Below the pieces are notes generated by a model, which had not been told where the DNA came from, made no database searches, and worked only from the letters and a program-made list of their open reading frames with translations. DNA of 64,000 bases, from contig JBNLDQ010000003.1 of assembly GCA_050304475.1 (NCBI GenBank), positions 143,833-207,832 on the forward strand. The letters are read 5' to 3'. The translations under genes were made by a program, and so were the position numbers. The DNA comes from Turneriellaceae bacterium (GTDB lineage: Bacteria > Spirochaetota > Leptospiria > Turneriellales > JAOUFE01). This document shows, piece by piece, positions 54,640 to 64,000 of the stretch. Numbering within the stretch: the stretch's first letter is position 1; each line of letters begins with the position of its first letter.

Positions 54640-54969
54640 ATGGCGGAAAAAGAAAGAAGAAAATTTAAAAGATTTGCTATCGCTCAGTTTGTGGAAATGT
54701 CTTTTACAAAGGAAAATTTTATACGGGCTACCGGAATAAACCTGAGCGAAGCAGGTATTCTCTGCGAGACAAGCGAACCTCCCGAACCATATGCCCAGAT
54801 TTATCTGATGCTGACAACGCCGGACGGTAAAGACACCGCCGAGATCGAAGGGGTCGTCGTTCACACGGAAAAGGTGAAAACCAAATACAAGGTTGGTGTG
54901 GAGTTTACCCATGTGTACGATGAAGACAAAAAAATCATTCGAAAAATAATCAAGTCGGCTTCAAAGTAA
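54640..54969 (+). CDS. PilZ-domain protein (c-di-GMP receptor-like)
   Basis: RRxxxR-type motif EKERRKFKRF and D/N-x-S-x-x-G motif GINLSEAG. Strong SD AGGAGG (54629-54634) 5 nt before ATG 54640. Confidence 0.8.
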   Translation: MAEKERRKFKRFAIAQFVEMSFTKENFIRATGINLSEAGILCETSEPPEPYAQIYLMLTTPDGKDTAEIEGVVVHTEKVKTKYKVGVEFTHVYDEDKKIIRKIIKSASK

Positions 54970-54973
54970 ACGT

Positions 54974-56536
54974 TTAAATGGATCTGTCGTACTGATCAAA
55001 AGTCAGGTTCCAGACTTTCACGCCGCAATAGCGCGGGCCCTCAGGGCACCTCGGCTTCATTGATTTGCGCAAAACGCAAGGCGGACCAAGCATGCCCTCA
55101 AGAAAAGGATGTTCCCGGATAACTTGCTTTACCTCTTCAAGACTCGAGTAGAATATCTCTTCTTGCGCCGTATAGCAAAGTCTTGATTTCCATTTATGAA
55201 AGAAATTCATTAAATCGCCCGATTCGTAAAACCGTACCGGAAAAGCGTTGGGTAACAAATAGGTCAACCTTTGAGCCGGTACGCCCTCTCCCGCCAGCCG
55301 TTTTATTTCGGAAAATTGCTCTTCCATGTAGCTTTCGTACGCGGCTTTGATTTTATCGTTCTGTTGAATCAAGCCGGGGATAATATAATCGGGCTCCAGA
55401 GATACTTGCCTGAATAACAACGGTCTTGAACCCGGCAAGGTTCGATGCCGTTGCTCTTGCGAATCTGCCGTATGAGATAATTTTTTCTGAAACGTAAAAT
55501 GCACATGCTGAAATATCCTGCTTTGTTCGTCAAGCGTCACCGGGTAAAATGCGTCGCCTAACGCCGGGTTTGTATCCGTGCGGCATACGTCTTCAACTGA
55601 CGCGGTTTCTCCCCGAAAAGCTTTCAGCGTCTTCGATAAAAGTTCATACGAGTTTTCAGTCGAAGCGGCTAAGCGCGTTAATCCTCCCGCGTTTGCCAAC
55701 TCTTCGTCAAACGTTCGGTTTTGAATTTGAGCGGCGGCAAAATCGTGGCGAATTTCTTCCGCCGAATTTTCCAAAGGTTCGGGGACTTCCCGGATCAAAT
55801 CGGGGTCAACCCGGTCGACTTCAATCAACATCCGCAATGTAAGGGCGACGGCCTCATCCAGCCCGACGGACATCATCATTCGCGCATATCGGTAAAGGGT
55901 TAAGGCTGAAATCGTATGATACATATAGGCCGTCGTCGAAAGCGGCATCACATAACGCGAAATTTCCATCGCTCGTTTTAGAATATCTTTGCGGTAATGG
56001 TCGCGTTTGCTTTTACGGCCCCGGTAAATGGAATAATAAATTTCTTCAATCGCCGGCTCGAGCAGCTCGTTAAAATACCGGTACGCCTTCATGGCCCGTT
56101 CATGGTAGCGCTCGACGCCGGGGATATCGGCCAAATCGCCCCCCGCCGGCAATGAATACCAGTCACTCTCTTTGATTGATACGTAGCGCTGAGACACCTG
56201 CTCGGAATTATAATAAGGATGCGCATGCAGGAACTGCCAGATTAAATTACGGCTAACGCCCTGCAAACCAAACACAAAATGAGCGTGCTGGCGTGTGGTT
56301 AAATGGCCCGCTTCCATGGTAGATTCCGCAATTCTATCGCGCAACTCGCGGGCGCGCTCATCCTTATCCATCTCTTCGGGCATAATAATCCCTTTTGAGC
56401 TGTAACAGGTTCTGGCCGAAGCGATAGAGAGATTATAAGGAGATTGGTGCGAAGCAATCAGCCGGACTTTCATCCGGGGGTAGCGCTCTAACGCAGAGCC
56501 ATAACGATCAAGCAATCTTTTCAGAGCCCCGGACAC
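54974..56536 (-). CDS. Tandem-domain ThyX-like (FAD-dependent thymidylate synthase family) protein
   Basis: Two ThyX-like halves. Half 1: AGHLTTRQHAHFVFGLQG...WQFLHAHPYYNSEQVSQRYV. Half 2: HVHFTFQKKLSHTADSQEQRHRTLPGS...LMNFFHKWKSRL. The layout parallels the ThyX HxxFxF...RHR...S.RY pattern. Confidence 0.75.
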   Translation of the reverse strand: MSGALKRLLDRYGSALERYPRMKVRLIASHQSPYNLSIASARTCYSSKGIIMPEEMDKDERARELRDRIAESTMEAGHLTTRQHAHFVFGLQGVSRNLIWQFLHAHPYYNSEQVSQRYVSIKESDWYSLPAGGDLADIPGVERYHERAMKAYRYFNELLEPAIEEIYYSIYRGRKSKRDHYRKDILKRAMEISRYVMPLSTTAYMYHTISALTLYRYARMMMSVGLDEAVALTLRMLIEVDRVDPDLIREVPEPLENSAEEIRHDFAAAQIQNRTFDEELANAGGLTRLAASTENSYELLSKTLKAFRGETASVEDVCRTDTNPALGDAFYPVTLDEQSRIFQHVHFTFQKKLSHTADSQEQRHRTLPGSRPLLFRQVSLEPDYIIPGLIQQNDKIKAAYESYMEEQFSEIKRLAGEGVPAQRLTYLLPNAFPVRFYESGDLMNFFHKWKSRLCYTAQEEIFYSSLEEVKQVIREHPFLEGMLGPPCVLRKSMKPRCPEGPRYCGVKVWNLTFDQYDRSI

Positions 56537-56578
56537 GGGGCAATCTTATCCCCGGTTAGACCTCGGCAAGAACAAATC

Positions 56579-57538
56579 CTAAACGGGCGGTTCAGGGTCG
56601 CCCACATAACGGGCCAGCTTCTCAAGCAAGTAAAGAAAAAGAGCGCCGCCTGCCGATAACGCGAAAAAGACAATAAACTCGTAAGCCCCGCTCCGGGCAG
56701 AGTATGAAAAAGGCCAAATTTTGAAGATACTCCCGGCCATGACGCCTGTCAGCGCCGCCATGGTTCGAGAATGATGGCGGAACAACAGATACCGGATCAA
56801 ACGCACAAAGGTAAATAACCCGGCGGCCATTCCGGCGGCCAGCGCCCCCAGCAATATAAAATCATGTTCGTGTAACGCGTGCAAAACCTTCTTATACTGG
56901 CCCAACATCACCAGCAGGTATGCCCCCGAAACCCCCGGTAAAATCATAGCGCAGACGGCGACCGCCCCCGAAAAAAAGAAAACCCCCGGCGTCCCCGTAA
57001 GCGTCTGGGGAGCAACCTGAAGTTCCACGCCAACCTGGCCCGGTATATTTAACAAGACATACGTCACGGCGGTAAAAACTGCGGTTAACCCCAAATCGAC
57101 CGGTTTCTTATGAACATGCCGGAAAGGTATGGTGATGGAAAAAATAATTAAACCGAAGAAAAACGAATACAGGTAAAAAGGGTGTTCGTTCATCAAACGC
57201 GGGATAATCCGCGACATGCTGAAAACGCCGCCGATGATTCCGGCAGCCAGGGGCAAAAGAAAGTTCCATGGAATCCCGGTTATGTTTTGCCACCCCGCTT
57301 TTGCAATCTCTTTGTTGCGCGCCGAAGGCGCTATTGCCAGCGGCAAGACCAGGGCATCCCGTACATGCGATAATTTTACGCTGCTGATTGCCGCAATCAA
57401 ATGCTCATAAATGCCGCTGATCAAGGCAACCGTACCGCCCGAAACGCCGGGGATAATATCAGCCACCCCCATTAAGATTCCTTTGACTAAAACAATGAGT
57501 TTATCATGCCATGACCGGTATTGTTTCACAAATGTCAC
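56579..57538 (-). CDS. DUF368-family integral membrane protein
   Basis: GVADIIPGVSGGTVALISGIYEHLI and the second-half repeat ILPGVSGAYLLVMLGQY. Confidence 0.8.
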   Translation of the reverse strand: MTFVKQYRSWHDKLIVLVKGILMGVADIIPGVSGGTVALISGIYEHLIAAISSVKLSHVRDALVLPLAIAPSARNKEIAKAGWQNITGIPWNFLLPLAAGIIGGVFSMSRIIPRLMNEHPFYLYSFFFGLIIFSITIPFRHVHKKPVDLGLTAVFTAVTYVLLNIPGQVGVELQVAPQTLTGTPGVFFFSGAVAVCAMILPGVSGAYLLVMLGQYKKVLHALHEHDFILLGALAAGMAAGLFTFVRLIRYLLFRHHSRTMAALTGVMAGSIFKIWPFSYSARSGAYEFIVFFALSAGGALFLYLLEKLARYVGDPEPPV

Positions 57539-58914
57539 CGTCCCTTCAAGTGCAGCACAACCCGGATCGTTTGCAGGACAATGGCAAAGTCCAGAAATAT
57601 GCTGTAGTTTTTAATATAATAAAGATCGTATTGCAGTTTTTCTTTCGCATCTTCAATGGATGCCCCATACGGGTATTTTACTTGCGCCCACCCCGTTAGC
57701 CCGGGCTTTAGCGTATATCTTAGCTTGTAGTAGGGAATGATTTTCTCAAGCTTTTCATCAAACTCGGGGCGCTCGGGCCGCGGCCCGATAAAACTCATCT
57801 GCCCGCGGATCACATTAATGAGCTGGGGAATTTCGTCCAACCGCAATTTACGAATGGTGCGGCCTACCCGGGTCACCCGGCTATCGCCCGGCGAAGCCCA
57901 GCGCGCTCCGCCTTTCTCGGCGTCCACAACCATAGATCGAAATTTAATGACCTTAAACTGGCGGCCGGACTGGCCGTTACGCACCTGCGAATAAAAAACA
58001 GGCCGCCCGCTTTCCAGAAACACGGCAAGGGCCGTTACAATCGAAAGCGGAAGCGTCAAGACCAGCAATACAAACGCGCTGGCTAAATCAATCAGCCGTT
58101 TGACCCGCAATCCCGTCTGGTTGTGTAACAAGTTAAAACCGTGCGAAAAGACAAACCAGCCTTCTTTTAGCTGCAACACCGGAATTGCCGACCACACGAT
58201 TTCATAAAAGTCCGTTAAATCGTAAATGCGGCTGCCTTCAATGCGAGCCTTCATTAAAAGCCGTTGCATAGCGGAAGTCAAGTTCGTATTCTGCGCGACG
58301 ACGATCCCTTTGACTCTGCCGTTTAATTTTTTTTCAAGAGAGCTCCAGCTTCCAATTTCAACCTGGTCCGTTAAATCAAGTTTTTTTGTTTCGTCTTTTA
58401 ATTCGCGGACCGAGGGGACCAACAGCGAAACTGACCCCGCAAAAGGGTGGCGCCGGATATCATGCAAGATTGCCCGAAGCGCATCGGCGCCGCCAATAAA
58501 AAGCCATTCATCGCGCCGGGTTCTCTGGTACTTGAAATGAAAAAAGCCCCATCGCAACAGCAAACTCCAGATAAAAAAACCGATCAACGAAGCAAATAAA
58601 ATACCCCGGCCGGCCAGCCCCCCCTGGTAGCGGATGGTCGTTAGCAATACTACGCTTGAGATACCCATCACAGCGATTGTAAATGCAGACACAAATTTCC
58701 AGAGAAAATTTGAATCGCCCGATTCGGACGAGTAGAGGTTGAAAATATAAAAGCTGACGACCAGGGCAATAATGGTAATAAAAAATAGCGGGGTTAGCGC
58801 GTAGTGTTTATCCCACTCCCCCATAAATGCATAATAAACCAGGTTGAGCAACGCCCAGTACCCGGCAAAGTCTATGACCAGTAAGAAAATTTTGCTGCGT
58901 TTTGAATGTATCAT
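57535..58914 (-). CDS. Polyprenyl glycosylphosphotransferase (bacterial sugar transferase, WbaP/EpsB-like)
   Basis: Four N-terminal TMs. C-terminal catalytic region RPVFYSQVRNGQSGRQFKVIKFRSM...DEIPQLINVIRGQMSFIGPRPERPEF...KPGLTGWAQV. Confidence 0.9.
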   Translation of the reverse strand: MIHSKRSKIFLLVIDFAGYWALLNLVYYAFMGEWDKHYALTPLFFITIIALVVSFYIFNLYSSESGDSNFLWKFVSAFTIAVMGISSVVLLTTIRYQGGLAGRGILFASLIGFFIWSLLLRWGFFHFKYQRTRRDEWLFIGGADALRAILHDIRRHPFAGSVSLLVPSVRELKDETKKLDLTDQVEIGSWSSLEKKLNGRVKGIVVAQNTNLTSAMQRLLMKARIEGSRIYDLTDFYEIVWSAIPVLQLKEGWFVFSHGFNLLHNQTGLRVKRLIDLASAFVLLVLTLPLSIVTALAVFLESGRPVFYSQVRNGQSGRQFKVIKFRSMVVDAEKGGARWASPGDSRVTRVGRTIRKLRLDEIPQLINVIRGQMSFIGPRPERPEFDEKLEKIIPYYKLRYTLKPGLTGWAQVKYPYGASIEDAKEKLQYDLYYIKNYSIFLDFAIVLQTIRVVLHLKGR

Positions 58915-59017
58915 TGTCTCTTGTTTAATATGAATAATCTATGTTTTTTTATAATTCATTATCTTTGTTATTCATTAATCTTTGATTTTCTCGATTTGCC
59001 CGAGAGGGTTCCCATCT

Positions 59018-59989
59018 TTATGTTTGGGTTCCGGTATAATGTTGATAAATGGAAGAAATGCCGTCGCGTAAATTCATTTTCGTTGTAAAACCGAACGCAT
59101 CCCTGGCCTTTTGAGCGCTGCAATAGCTTTCGCGAATATCGCCCGGCCTTGGCGCCGCATATTTAATATCAAAATGCAATCCGCTCACTTCACGGATCAA
59201 CCGGGTAAGATCGTTAATTGTTATGACATTTTCGCTGCCCAGGTTAAATGCGCCGGTCGCCGAACCGGACATCCCGGAGGCAATCCCCCTGGCAATATCG
59301 CCGGCATAAATAAAATCTCTGGTTTGGTTGCCATCCCCGTATATCTCGACAAAACCGTATTGAGACGCATTTTTAATAAATATGGGAATCACCGCCGGGT
59401 ACCCCCCCGCGATGTTCTGGCGCGCGCCATAAACATTGAAAAAACGAAACGCAATCGCCGAAAGACCGCTCGTTAATACCGCCTCTTCGCCGATGAGTTT
59501 GCTGGCGGCATACGGGCTGGGTAAGGCGGCGGCATACTCGCTTGTGTACGATGCCATGCTTTCGTCTAACGGGGGTTTTTGCCCGCCATATACGGCCGCG
59601 CTCGAAGCAAAGCCGAATTTTTGAACCCCGTAACGGACGGCGCTCTCAATCATGTTTTTTGTTCCGCCGATATTGACTTTGCGGCAAAATTCCGGATTGG
59701 CAATTGATTCGGGCACAGAAACCTGAGCCGCCAGATGAACCACCCAATCGGGTTGAAATTTTTTCACCGCCGCGTCCAGCGCGGCCTGATCGCAAATATC
59801 GCCTCTCACAATAGAGACTTGCGGGTAGCCTTTGGTTTCGATGTTTTCTTCTTTCCCTGAACTCAGGTTGTCGTAAACAAGGATTTCGTGCCCCTCTTGC
59901 AAAAAGGCGCCAACCACATGCGACCCGATAAAACCGGCGCCGCCTGTGACAAAAACTTTTTTAACCTGCCTGGAAATAGTTGCGCCCAT
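59018..59989 (-). CDS. NAD-dependent epimerase/dehydratase (UDP-sugar 4-epimerase-like SDR)
   Basis: VFVTGGAGFIGSH Rossmann motif and the YAASK catalytic Y-x3-K. ATG 59989 preferred. A GTG at 60025 would add 12 aa. Confidence 0.85.
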   Translation of the reverse strand: MGATISRQVKKVFVTGGAGFIGSHVVGAFLQEGHEILVYDNLSSGKEENIETKGYPQVSIVRGDICDQAALDAAVKKFQPDWVVHLAAQVSVPESIANPEFCRKVNIGGTKNMIESAVRYGVQKFGFASSAAVYGGQKPPLDESMASYTSEYAAALPSPYAASKLIGEEAVLTSGLSAIAFRFFNVYGARQNIAGGYPAVIPIFIKNASQYGFVEIYGDGNQTRDFIYAGDIARGIASGMSGSATGAFNLGSENVITINDLTRLIREVSGLHFDIKYAAPRPGDIRESYCSAQKARDAFGFTTKMNLRDGISSIYQHYTGTQT

Positions 59990-60102
59990 ACAAATGAAAG
60001 GAAACGATCTATATTTTGCACTCACTGCCTACAAAATTTTCAAAATTCTGTTGCGGTGGAATTGGCGAATCGGTTAATGACATTTATCCCTCAGGCTAAC
60101 CA

Positions 60103-60822
60103 ATGAACTTTTATATTATCCTTGGCGCAATTGCGCTGTTTACGTACGGTTTCGGGCAATTCACCGCCATTGTTCTCAGGAGAGGCGCAATATCGGCGGA
60201 ACGGTTTCTACCGGCCGCTCTCTTTTTTTCTGCGGGGCTCCTCATGGGTACCGCTTTGTTTCACCTTTTGCCCGAGTCAATTGAGATGATTGGCAGTCAA
60301 ACCGGTTTAGCAATTCTGGCCGGCTTTGTCATTTTTTATGCGCCTCAAAAATATATCATCACGCAACCATGCGAAATGGAGGAAGCAAAGCCCATCAAAC
60401 CCGGTCTGCTTGTTTTTGCCGGGATCGCCCTTCACTCAATGATTGACGGGATTGGGGTTGGCGCAGCCGAGTTAGTCGAAAAAACCTCAGAGGTAGCCAT
60501 CGCAATCGTCGTGCATAAATTCACCGCTGCGTTTGCCCTTGCCGTTTTTTTAACCGGCGAAAAACTAACGCCTCTCAAGATGTCTCTTTATTTGCTCTTT
60601 TTTTCCCTGGCAACCCCCACCGGGGCGGCCCTCACCCACTTTACCCTGAGCCCGAACGATACGTTTACCGGGTTTGCTCTGGGGTTTTCGGCAGGCAACT
60701 TAACCGCAATCGCCTCAGGCGATTTAATGCGAAAATACTACCGTGAAGAGAAACGCTACCGCGCATTGCAGCTTTTTCTTTTTTTAAGCGCTATCGCGTT
60801 AACGGCGCTGGGCCTCGATTAA
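60103..60822 (+). CDS. ZIP-family divalent metal transporter
   Basis: Eight hydrophobic segments with HSMIDGIGVG and VHKFTAAFALAVFL, which are ZIP TM4/TM5-type metal-binding motifs. Confidence 0.8.
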   Translation: MNFYIILGAIALFTYGFGQFTAIVLRRGAISAERFLPAALFFSAGLLMGTALFHLLPESIEMIGSQTGLAILAGFVIFYAPQKYIITQPCEMEEAKPIKPGLLVFAGIALHSMIDGIGVGAAELVEKTSEVAIAIVVHKFTAAFALAVFLTGEKLTPLKMSLYLLFFSLATPTGAALTHFTLSPNDTFTGFALGFSAGNLTAIASGDLMRKYYREEKRYRALQLFLFLSAIALTALGLD

Positions 60823-60919
60823 TTGTTTCCATAAAAAACATTGAAATATATGCATTAAAAAGAACGGTTTACAGAGCATCTAAACGGCGTTATTCGTCAC
60901 GCAAGCGAACCCAAACGGT

Positions 60920-62638
60920 ATGATGATTACAGGAAACGAAACAATCCAATTGGCCGATTATCTGGTCATTGGGGCTTATTTTGCTCTCACGCTATTGATC
61001 GGGCTAAGCCTCTCGAAAAAAGCCGGCAAGGGAATCGAAGAATTTTTTCTTTCAGGCCGAAAACTGCCTTGGTGGTTAGGCGGAATTTCCATGGTAGCAA
61101 CGACATTTGCGGCAGATACGCCGTTAGCCGTCACCGGAATTGTGGCGGCCTCTGGCGTTTCAGGCAACTGGATTTGGTGGAATTTTGCCGCATCGGGCAT
61201 GCTTACCGTGATCTTTTTTTCCCGCCTCTGGAGACGGGCCGGCGTTCTCACCGACGCAGAATTGATTGAAATCAGATACGGGGGCAAACCCGCCAAATGG
61301 CTCCGTTCTTTTCGCGCAATTTATTTGTCTATCGGCATCAATACCATTATCATTGGGTGGGTCAGCGTTGGCATGGCCAAAGTCATTGAAACCGCTTTTG
61401 GTTGGCCCAAATGGGAGACCCTGCTCGCCTTATATGCTTTGACAGGACTATATCTGGCCGCTTCGGGTATGTGGGGCGTTGTCTGGACAGACTTTTTTCA
61501 GTTTTTTCTGGCCATGGGCGGCTCCATTGCGCTGGCCATCTTTTCTGTCGATAAAATAGGCTCGTTGGCTCAGATAAAAGAAACGATCACGGGCACGTAC
61601 GGTGCAAGCTTCATGAGCATGAATCCTTTTTCCGGAGAAACGCTGTTACTTACTGTTTTTGCCTGGTTATTTTTACAGTGGTGGGCGTCATGGTACCCCG
61701 GAGCTGAACCCGGCGGCGGCGGCTACATTGCCCAGCGGATCTTTTCCGTGCGCAACGAAAAAGAAGCCCTGCAATCCGCGCTGCTTTTTAACATCCTCCA
61801 TTATGTGGTCAGACCCTGGCCCTGGATCATTGTCGCGCTGGCCTCTTTGATCCTTTTCCCCGGACTGGAAGACCCCGAAAAGGGATACCCCCTCATGATG
61901 CTTGCATTGCTGCCGGCGGGTTTTTTGGGTCTTTTGCTTGCCGGGTTTCTTGCCGCTTTTATGTCTACGCTTTCAACCCATATTAACTGGGGCGTAAGCT
62001 ACCTGGTGAACGACATCTACAAAAGACATATCCGGCCGGGCGGTGATTCAAAAGAGTATGTTATGGTCTCGCGGCTTTCAACGCTGCTTATTTTAGGGCT
62101 TTCCTTTTACCTGTCTTATATTTTTGAATCTGTCAAAGGCGCCTGGGAACTCTTGCTTGCCATGGGCGCAGGCACCGGACCGGTGCTTATTTTGCGCTGG
62201 TTCTGGATGCGAATCAATGCCTGGAGCGAGATCTCGGCCACGGCGGGTGCGGTCGTCATTAGTTTTGCCATTGACGCTCTTTTTCAACCCGAGTTCGGCC
62301 CAAAGCTCATTTGGACCACAGCCGGAACCACCCTGCTATGGGTAATGGTTACTTTACTTACTCAGCCTGAAAAAGACGCAACCATAAGCGAATTCAGGCG
62401 TCGCGTTTTTCTAACGGACCGGCCGGGGGAAAAGGCTAAAAACCCTGTCGTGCAGCAATTGCTTCTCTGGTTTTGCGGCGTAATGGGGATTTACTTTCTT
62501 TTGACGGGTTCTTTTTATTGTTTATTTTATAGTATGTGGACAGGCGCCCTCATTTGCGCCGGGGGATTTTTATTTATGATTCCGGTATGGCGTTTTGTTC
62601 AAAGTATACCAACTGATAATGAGAAAATAAAGGACTAA
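60920..62638 (+). CDS. Sodium:solute symporter family transporter
   Basis: About 13 TM segments. N-terminal EFFLSGRKLPWWLGGISMVATTFAADTPL is typical of SSF transporters. Confidence 0.85.
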   Translation: MMITGNETIQLADYLVIGAYFALTLLIGLSLSKKAGKGIEEFFLSGRKLPWWLGGISMVATTFAADTPLAVTGIVAASGVSGNWIWWNFAASGMLTVIFFSRLWRRAGVLTDAELIEIRYGGKPAKWLRSFRAIYLSIGINTIIIGWVSVGMAKVIETAFGWPKWETLLALYALTGLYLAASGMWGVVWTDFFQFFLAMGGSIALAIFSVDKIGSLAQIKETITGTYGASFMSMNPFSGETLLLTVFAWLFLQWWASWYPGAEPGGGGYIAQRIFSVRNEKEALQSALLFNILHYVVRPWPWIIVALASLILFPGLEDPEKGYPLMMLALLPAGFLGLLLAGFLAAFMSTLSTHINWGVSYLVNDIYKRHIRPGGDSKEYVMVSRLSTLLILGLSFYLSYIFESVKGAWELLLAMGAGTGPVLILRWFWMRINAWSEISATAGAVVISFAIDALFQPEFGPKLIWTTAGTTLLWVMVTLLTQPEKDATISEFRRRVFLTDRPGEKAKNPVVQQLLLWFCGVMGIYFLLTGSFYCLFYSMWTGALICAGGFLFMIPVWRFVQSIPTDNEKIKD

Positions 62639-62640
62639 AC

Positions 62641-62961
62641 GTGGATAAAGATAAAGTATTGAATGTTTTAGCCGGCATCATTGATCCGGAATTACACATC
62701 AGCATCGTTGAATTAGGGTTGATTTACGATGTAACCATCAACCCCGACCCGGAAAATACGGATAAATATTCCATTGAAATTGTCATGACGCTGACCTCGC
62801 CGGGTTGCCCGATTGGGCCACAGTTACAAGCGGCGGTCCATCATCGCGTTGAAAAAATGGAAGAAGTTAGCCAGGTAAAAGTCAATCTGGTTTTTACCCC
62901 CCCCTGGGACCCAAGAGAACACGCCTCGGAAGACGCTCAAATGGAACTAGGGTTAATTTAG
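62641..62961 (+). CDS. DUF59 / MIP18-family Fe-S cluster assembly-related protein
   Basis: GTG start. DPELHISIVELGLIYDV and MTLTSPGCPIGPQL are characteristic. Confidence 0.85.
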   Translation: MDKDKVLNVLAGIIDPELHISIVELGLIYDVTINPDPENTDKYSIEIVMTLTSPGCPIGPQLQAAVHHRVEKMEEVSQVKVNLVFTPPWDPREHASEDAQMELGLI

Positions 62962-63999
62962 TTACATGTTTGTTTTTTCTTCAACCCGCATAGCGATAAC
63001 CGATATATCGTCTGCAATATTTCCCCAGCGGTCAGCATGAGTAATGGCATCCGAAAGGTAAGGTAAAATATCTTCGGGCTTCGGGTTACTTTGCATATAT
63101 TGTTGTAAAAATTCAAGCAACTCGTCCGGTCCGCCTGAACGAAACCCGGGGAACCGGACATCATAAATGCCGTCCGTATAAAACAGGAAAACATCGCCGT
63201 CTTTGATGGTCATATCGACATAGCTGTAATCCGGATCTTTTACTACGCCAACCAAAGGGCCATGAGAGCTGGTCATTGTAATCATGCCGTCCCTGATTCT
63301 GTATACGGGGGGATGCCCGGCTCCTGTGATCCTGATCTGATCGCTGTTTCCGTCAATTAAGACATAGATTCCCGAGAAAAAAAAGTACTCGCCGGTTCCG
63401 GAAAAATCGCGCATCGCCACTTCGTTGATTTCTTTCACGAGCTGCGAGGTATCGCTCACCCCTGCGGCCACTCTGGCAGCCATCATGTTGGTGTAAGAAT
63501 AAATGAGCGAAGAATATAGCGCCGCCGGCAAGCCATGCCCCTTACCATCGCCCAGAAACAGACTTGTATAGCGCCTGGTAGCTTGTTGCATATTGATTAA
63601 ATCGCCGGATAAAATGGAACTTGGTAAAAAAACGGATTGAAAATGGTATTTAAAAAAGCGGCCTTCCACCATGGGGATCAACGAATTATTGATATGTTGC
63701 TGTATTTTTCGGGCGACATTGATATCGGACCGGATTTCATCCTGGATACTCCGAACCAACTTTTTTTCTATATCGCCGGACTCCTGAAAAATCACAAGAT
63801 GAAGGTTGCCTTGTTCCGTTTCAATGTGATTGATGGTTACAATCAAACGCGGGTAACTTTCCAGGTGTGCGAGAAAACTGGTCGCGCGCTGGCTTTTTTT
63901 AATTTTCAAGCGAATCCAGCGCTCCATTACTTCCGGGCTGCGGCCTACCAGTTTCCCGGTAAGCCAGGCTTTCCAATTTTCATGCTCTACATCTTTCAT
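62962..63999 (-). CDS. SpoIIE/PP2C-family serine phosphatase (may be 5'-truncated by the window edge)
   Basis: SGDLINMQQ...FLGDGKGHGLPAALYSS, FFFSGIYVLID, GAGHPP, and FLFYTDGIYD. An ATG sits at 63999 but the frame is open to the window end. Confidence 0.85.
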   Translation of the reverse strand: MKDVEHENWKAWLTGKLVGRSPEVMERWIRLKIKKSQRATSFLAHLESYPRLIVTINHIETEQGNLHLVIFQESGDIEKKLVRSIQDEIRSDINVARKIQQHINNSLIPMVEGRFFKYHFQSVFLPSSILSGDLINMQQATRRYTSLFLGDGKGHGLPAALYSSLIYSYTNMMAARVAAGVSDTSQLVKEINEVAMRDFSGTGEYFFFSGIYVLIDGNSDQIRITGAGHPPVYRIRDGMITMTSSHGPLVGVVKDPDYSYVDMTIKDGDVFLFYTDGIYDVRFPGFRSGGPDELLEFLQQYMQSNPKPEDILPYLSDAITHADRWGNIADDISVIAMRVEEKTNM

Positions 64000-64000
64000 G

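Noticed and set aside
58954-58986. Tandem near-repeat ATTCATTA(A)TCTTTG x2 in the spacer between the epimerase and sugar-transferase genes.
   Set aside because: Only two imperfect copies, in very AT-rich DNA. The evidence is insufficient for a regulatory call.
1-64000. A search for tRNA, rRNA, CRISPR arrays, transposases, integrases, reverse transcriptases and long terminal or inverted repeats.
   Set aside because: No ORF showed the corresponding motifs, and I saw no repeat-spacer periodicity or tRNA-like T-arm sequence in the intergenic regions. A by-eye scan cannot exclude small ncRNAs, so Infernal/Rfam and tRNAscan-SE should be run.

Overview
This 64 kb chromosomal window comes from a roughly 50% GC bacterium. 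Its gene content suggests an FCB-group-like, anaerobic or microaerophilic organism: b558-type SdhCAB, PFOR/NifJ, many TonB-related genes, and several genes without an obvious Shine-Dalgarno (SD) sequence. I could support about 60 protein-coding genes. I found no rRNA, tRNA, CRISPR array, transposase or integrase.

Recognisable content:
- Regulation and transport: an MDR oxidoreductase, a MalT/LuxR-type large ATP-binding regulator, and a TonB-dependent receptor followed by exbB-exbD-exbD-tonB. A second, paralogous OMP-exbB-exbD-exbD-tonB operon lies on the opposite strand.
- Signalling: an MCP, an HDAC-family deacetylase, a PAS hybrid histidine kinase and a PilZ protein.
- Central metabolism and housekeeping: sdhCAB, argC, argJ, nifJ, nrnA-like DHH phosphoesterase, prmC, maf, rarA, bactofilin, cyclophilin and a tandem-domain ThyX-like protein. 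pdxA is split by a frameshift in an A10 run.
- Envelope and transport: DUF368, a polyprenyl glycosylphosphotransferase, an epimerase, a ZIP transporter, a sodium:solute symporter, DUF59, and a SpoIIE-type phosphatase at the window edge.

The most interesting region is a low-GC minus-strand operon at about 10.25-15.0 kb. It encodes a 120-aa peptide with 13 cysteines arranged as repeated C-x-x-D/N units. That peptide gene is bracketed by two mutually similar ~158-aa proteins of unknown function. Downstream come a radical SAM enzyme with a textbook SPASM motif, a polytopic HExxH (M50-like) protease, and a QW-motif alpha/alpha-toroid-like protein. This looks like a RiPP (ranthipeptide/sactipeptide-like) maturation system in an architecture I do not recognise as characterised.

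Secondary candidates:
- a translationally coupled three-gene operon (TM-TPR-Mrr_cat-like protein, a 561-aa protein with a degenerate ParA-like core plus a GDSVG motif, and a secreted protein);
- an E2-type acyltransferase paired with a membrane sulfotransferase;
- recurrent intergenic hairpin and palindrome motifs.

All functional calls rest on motifs read directly from the translated ORFs. No database search was possible.
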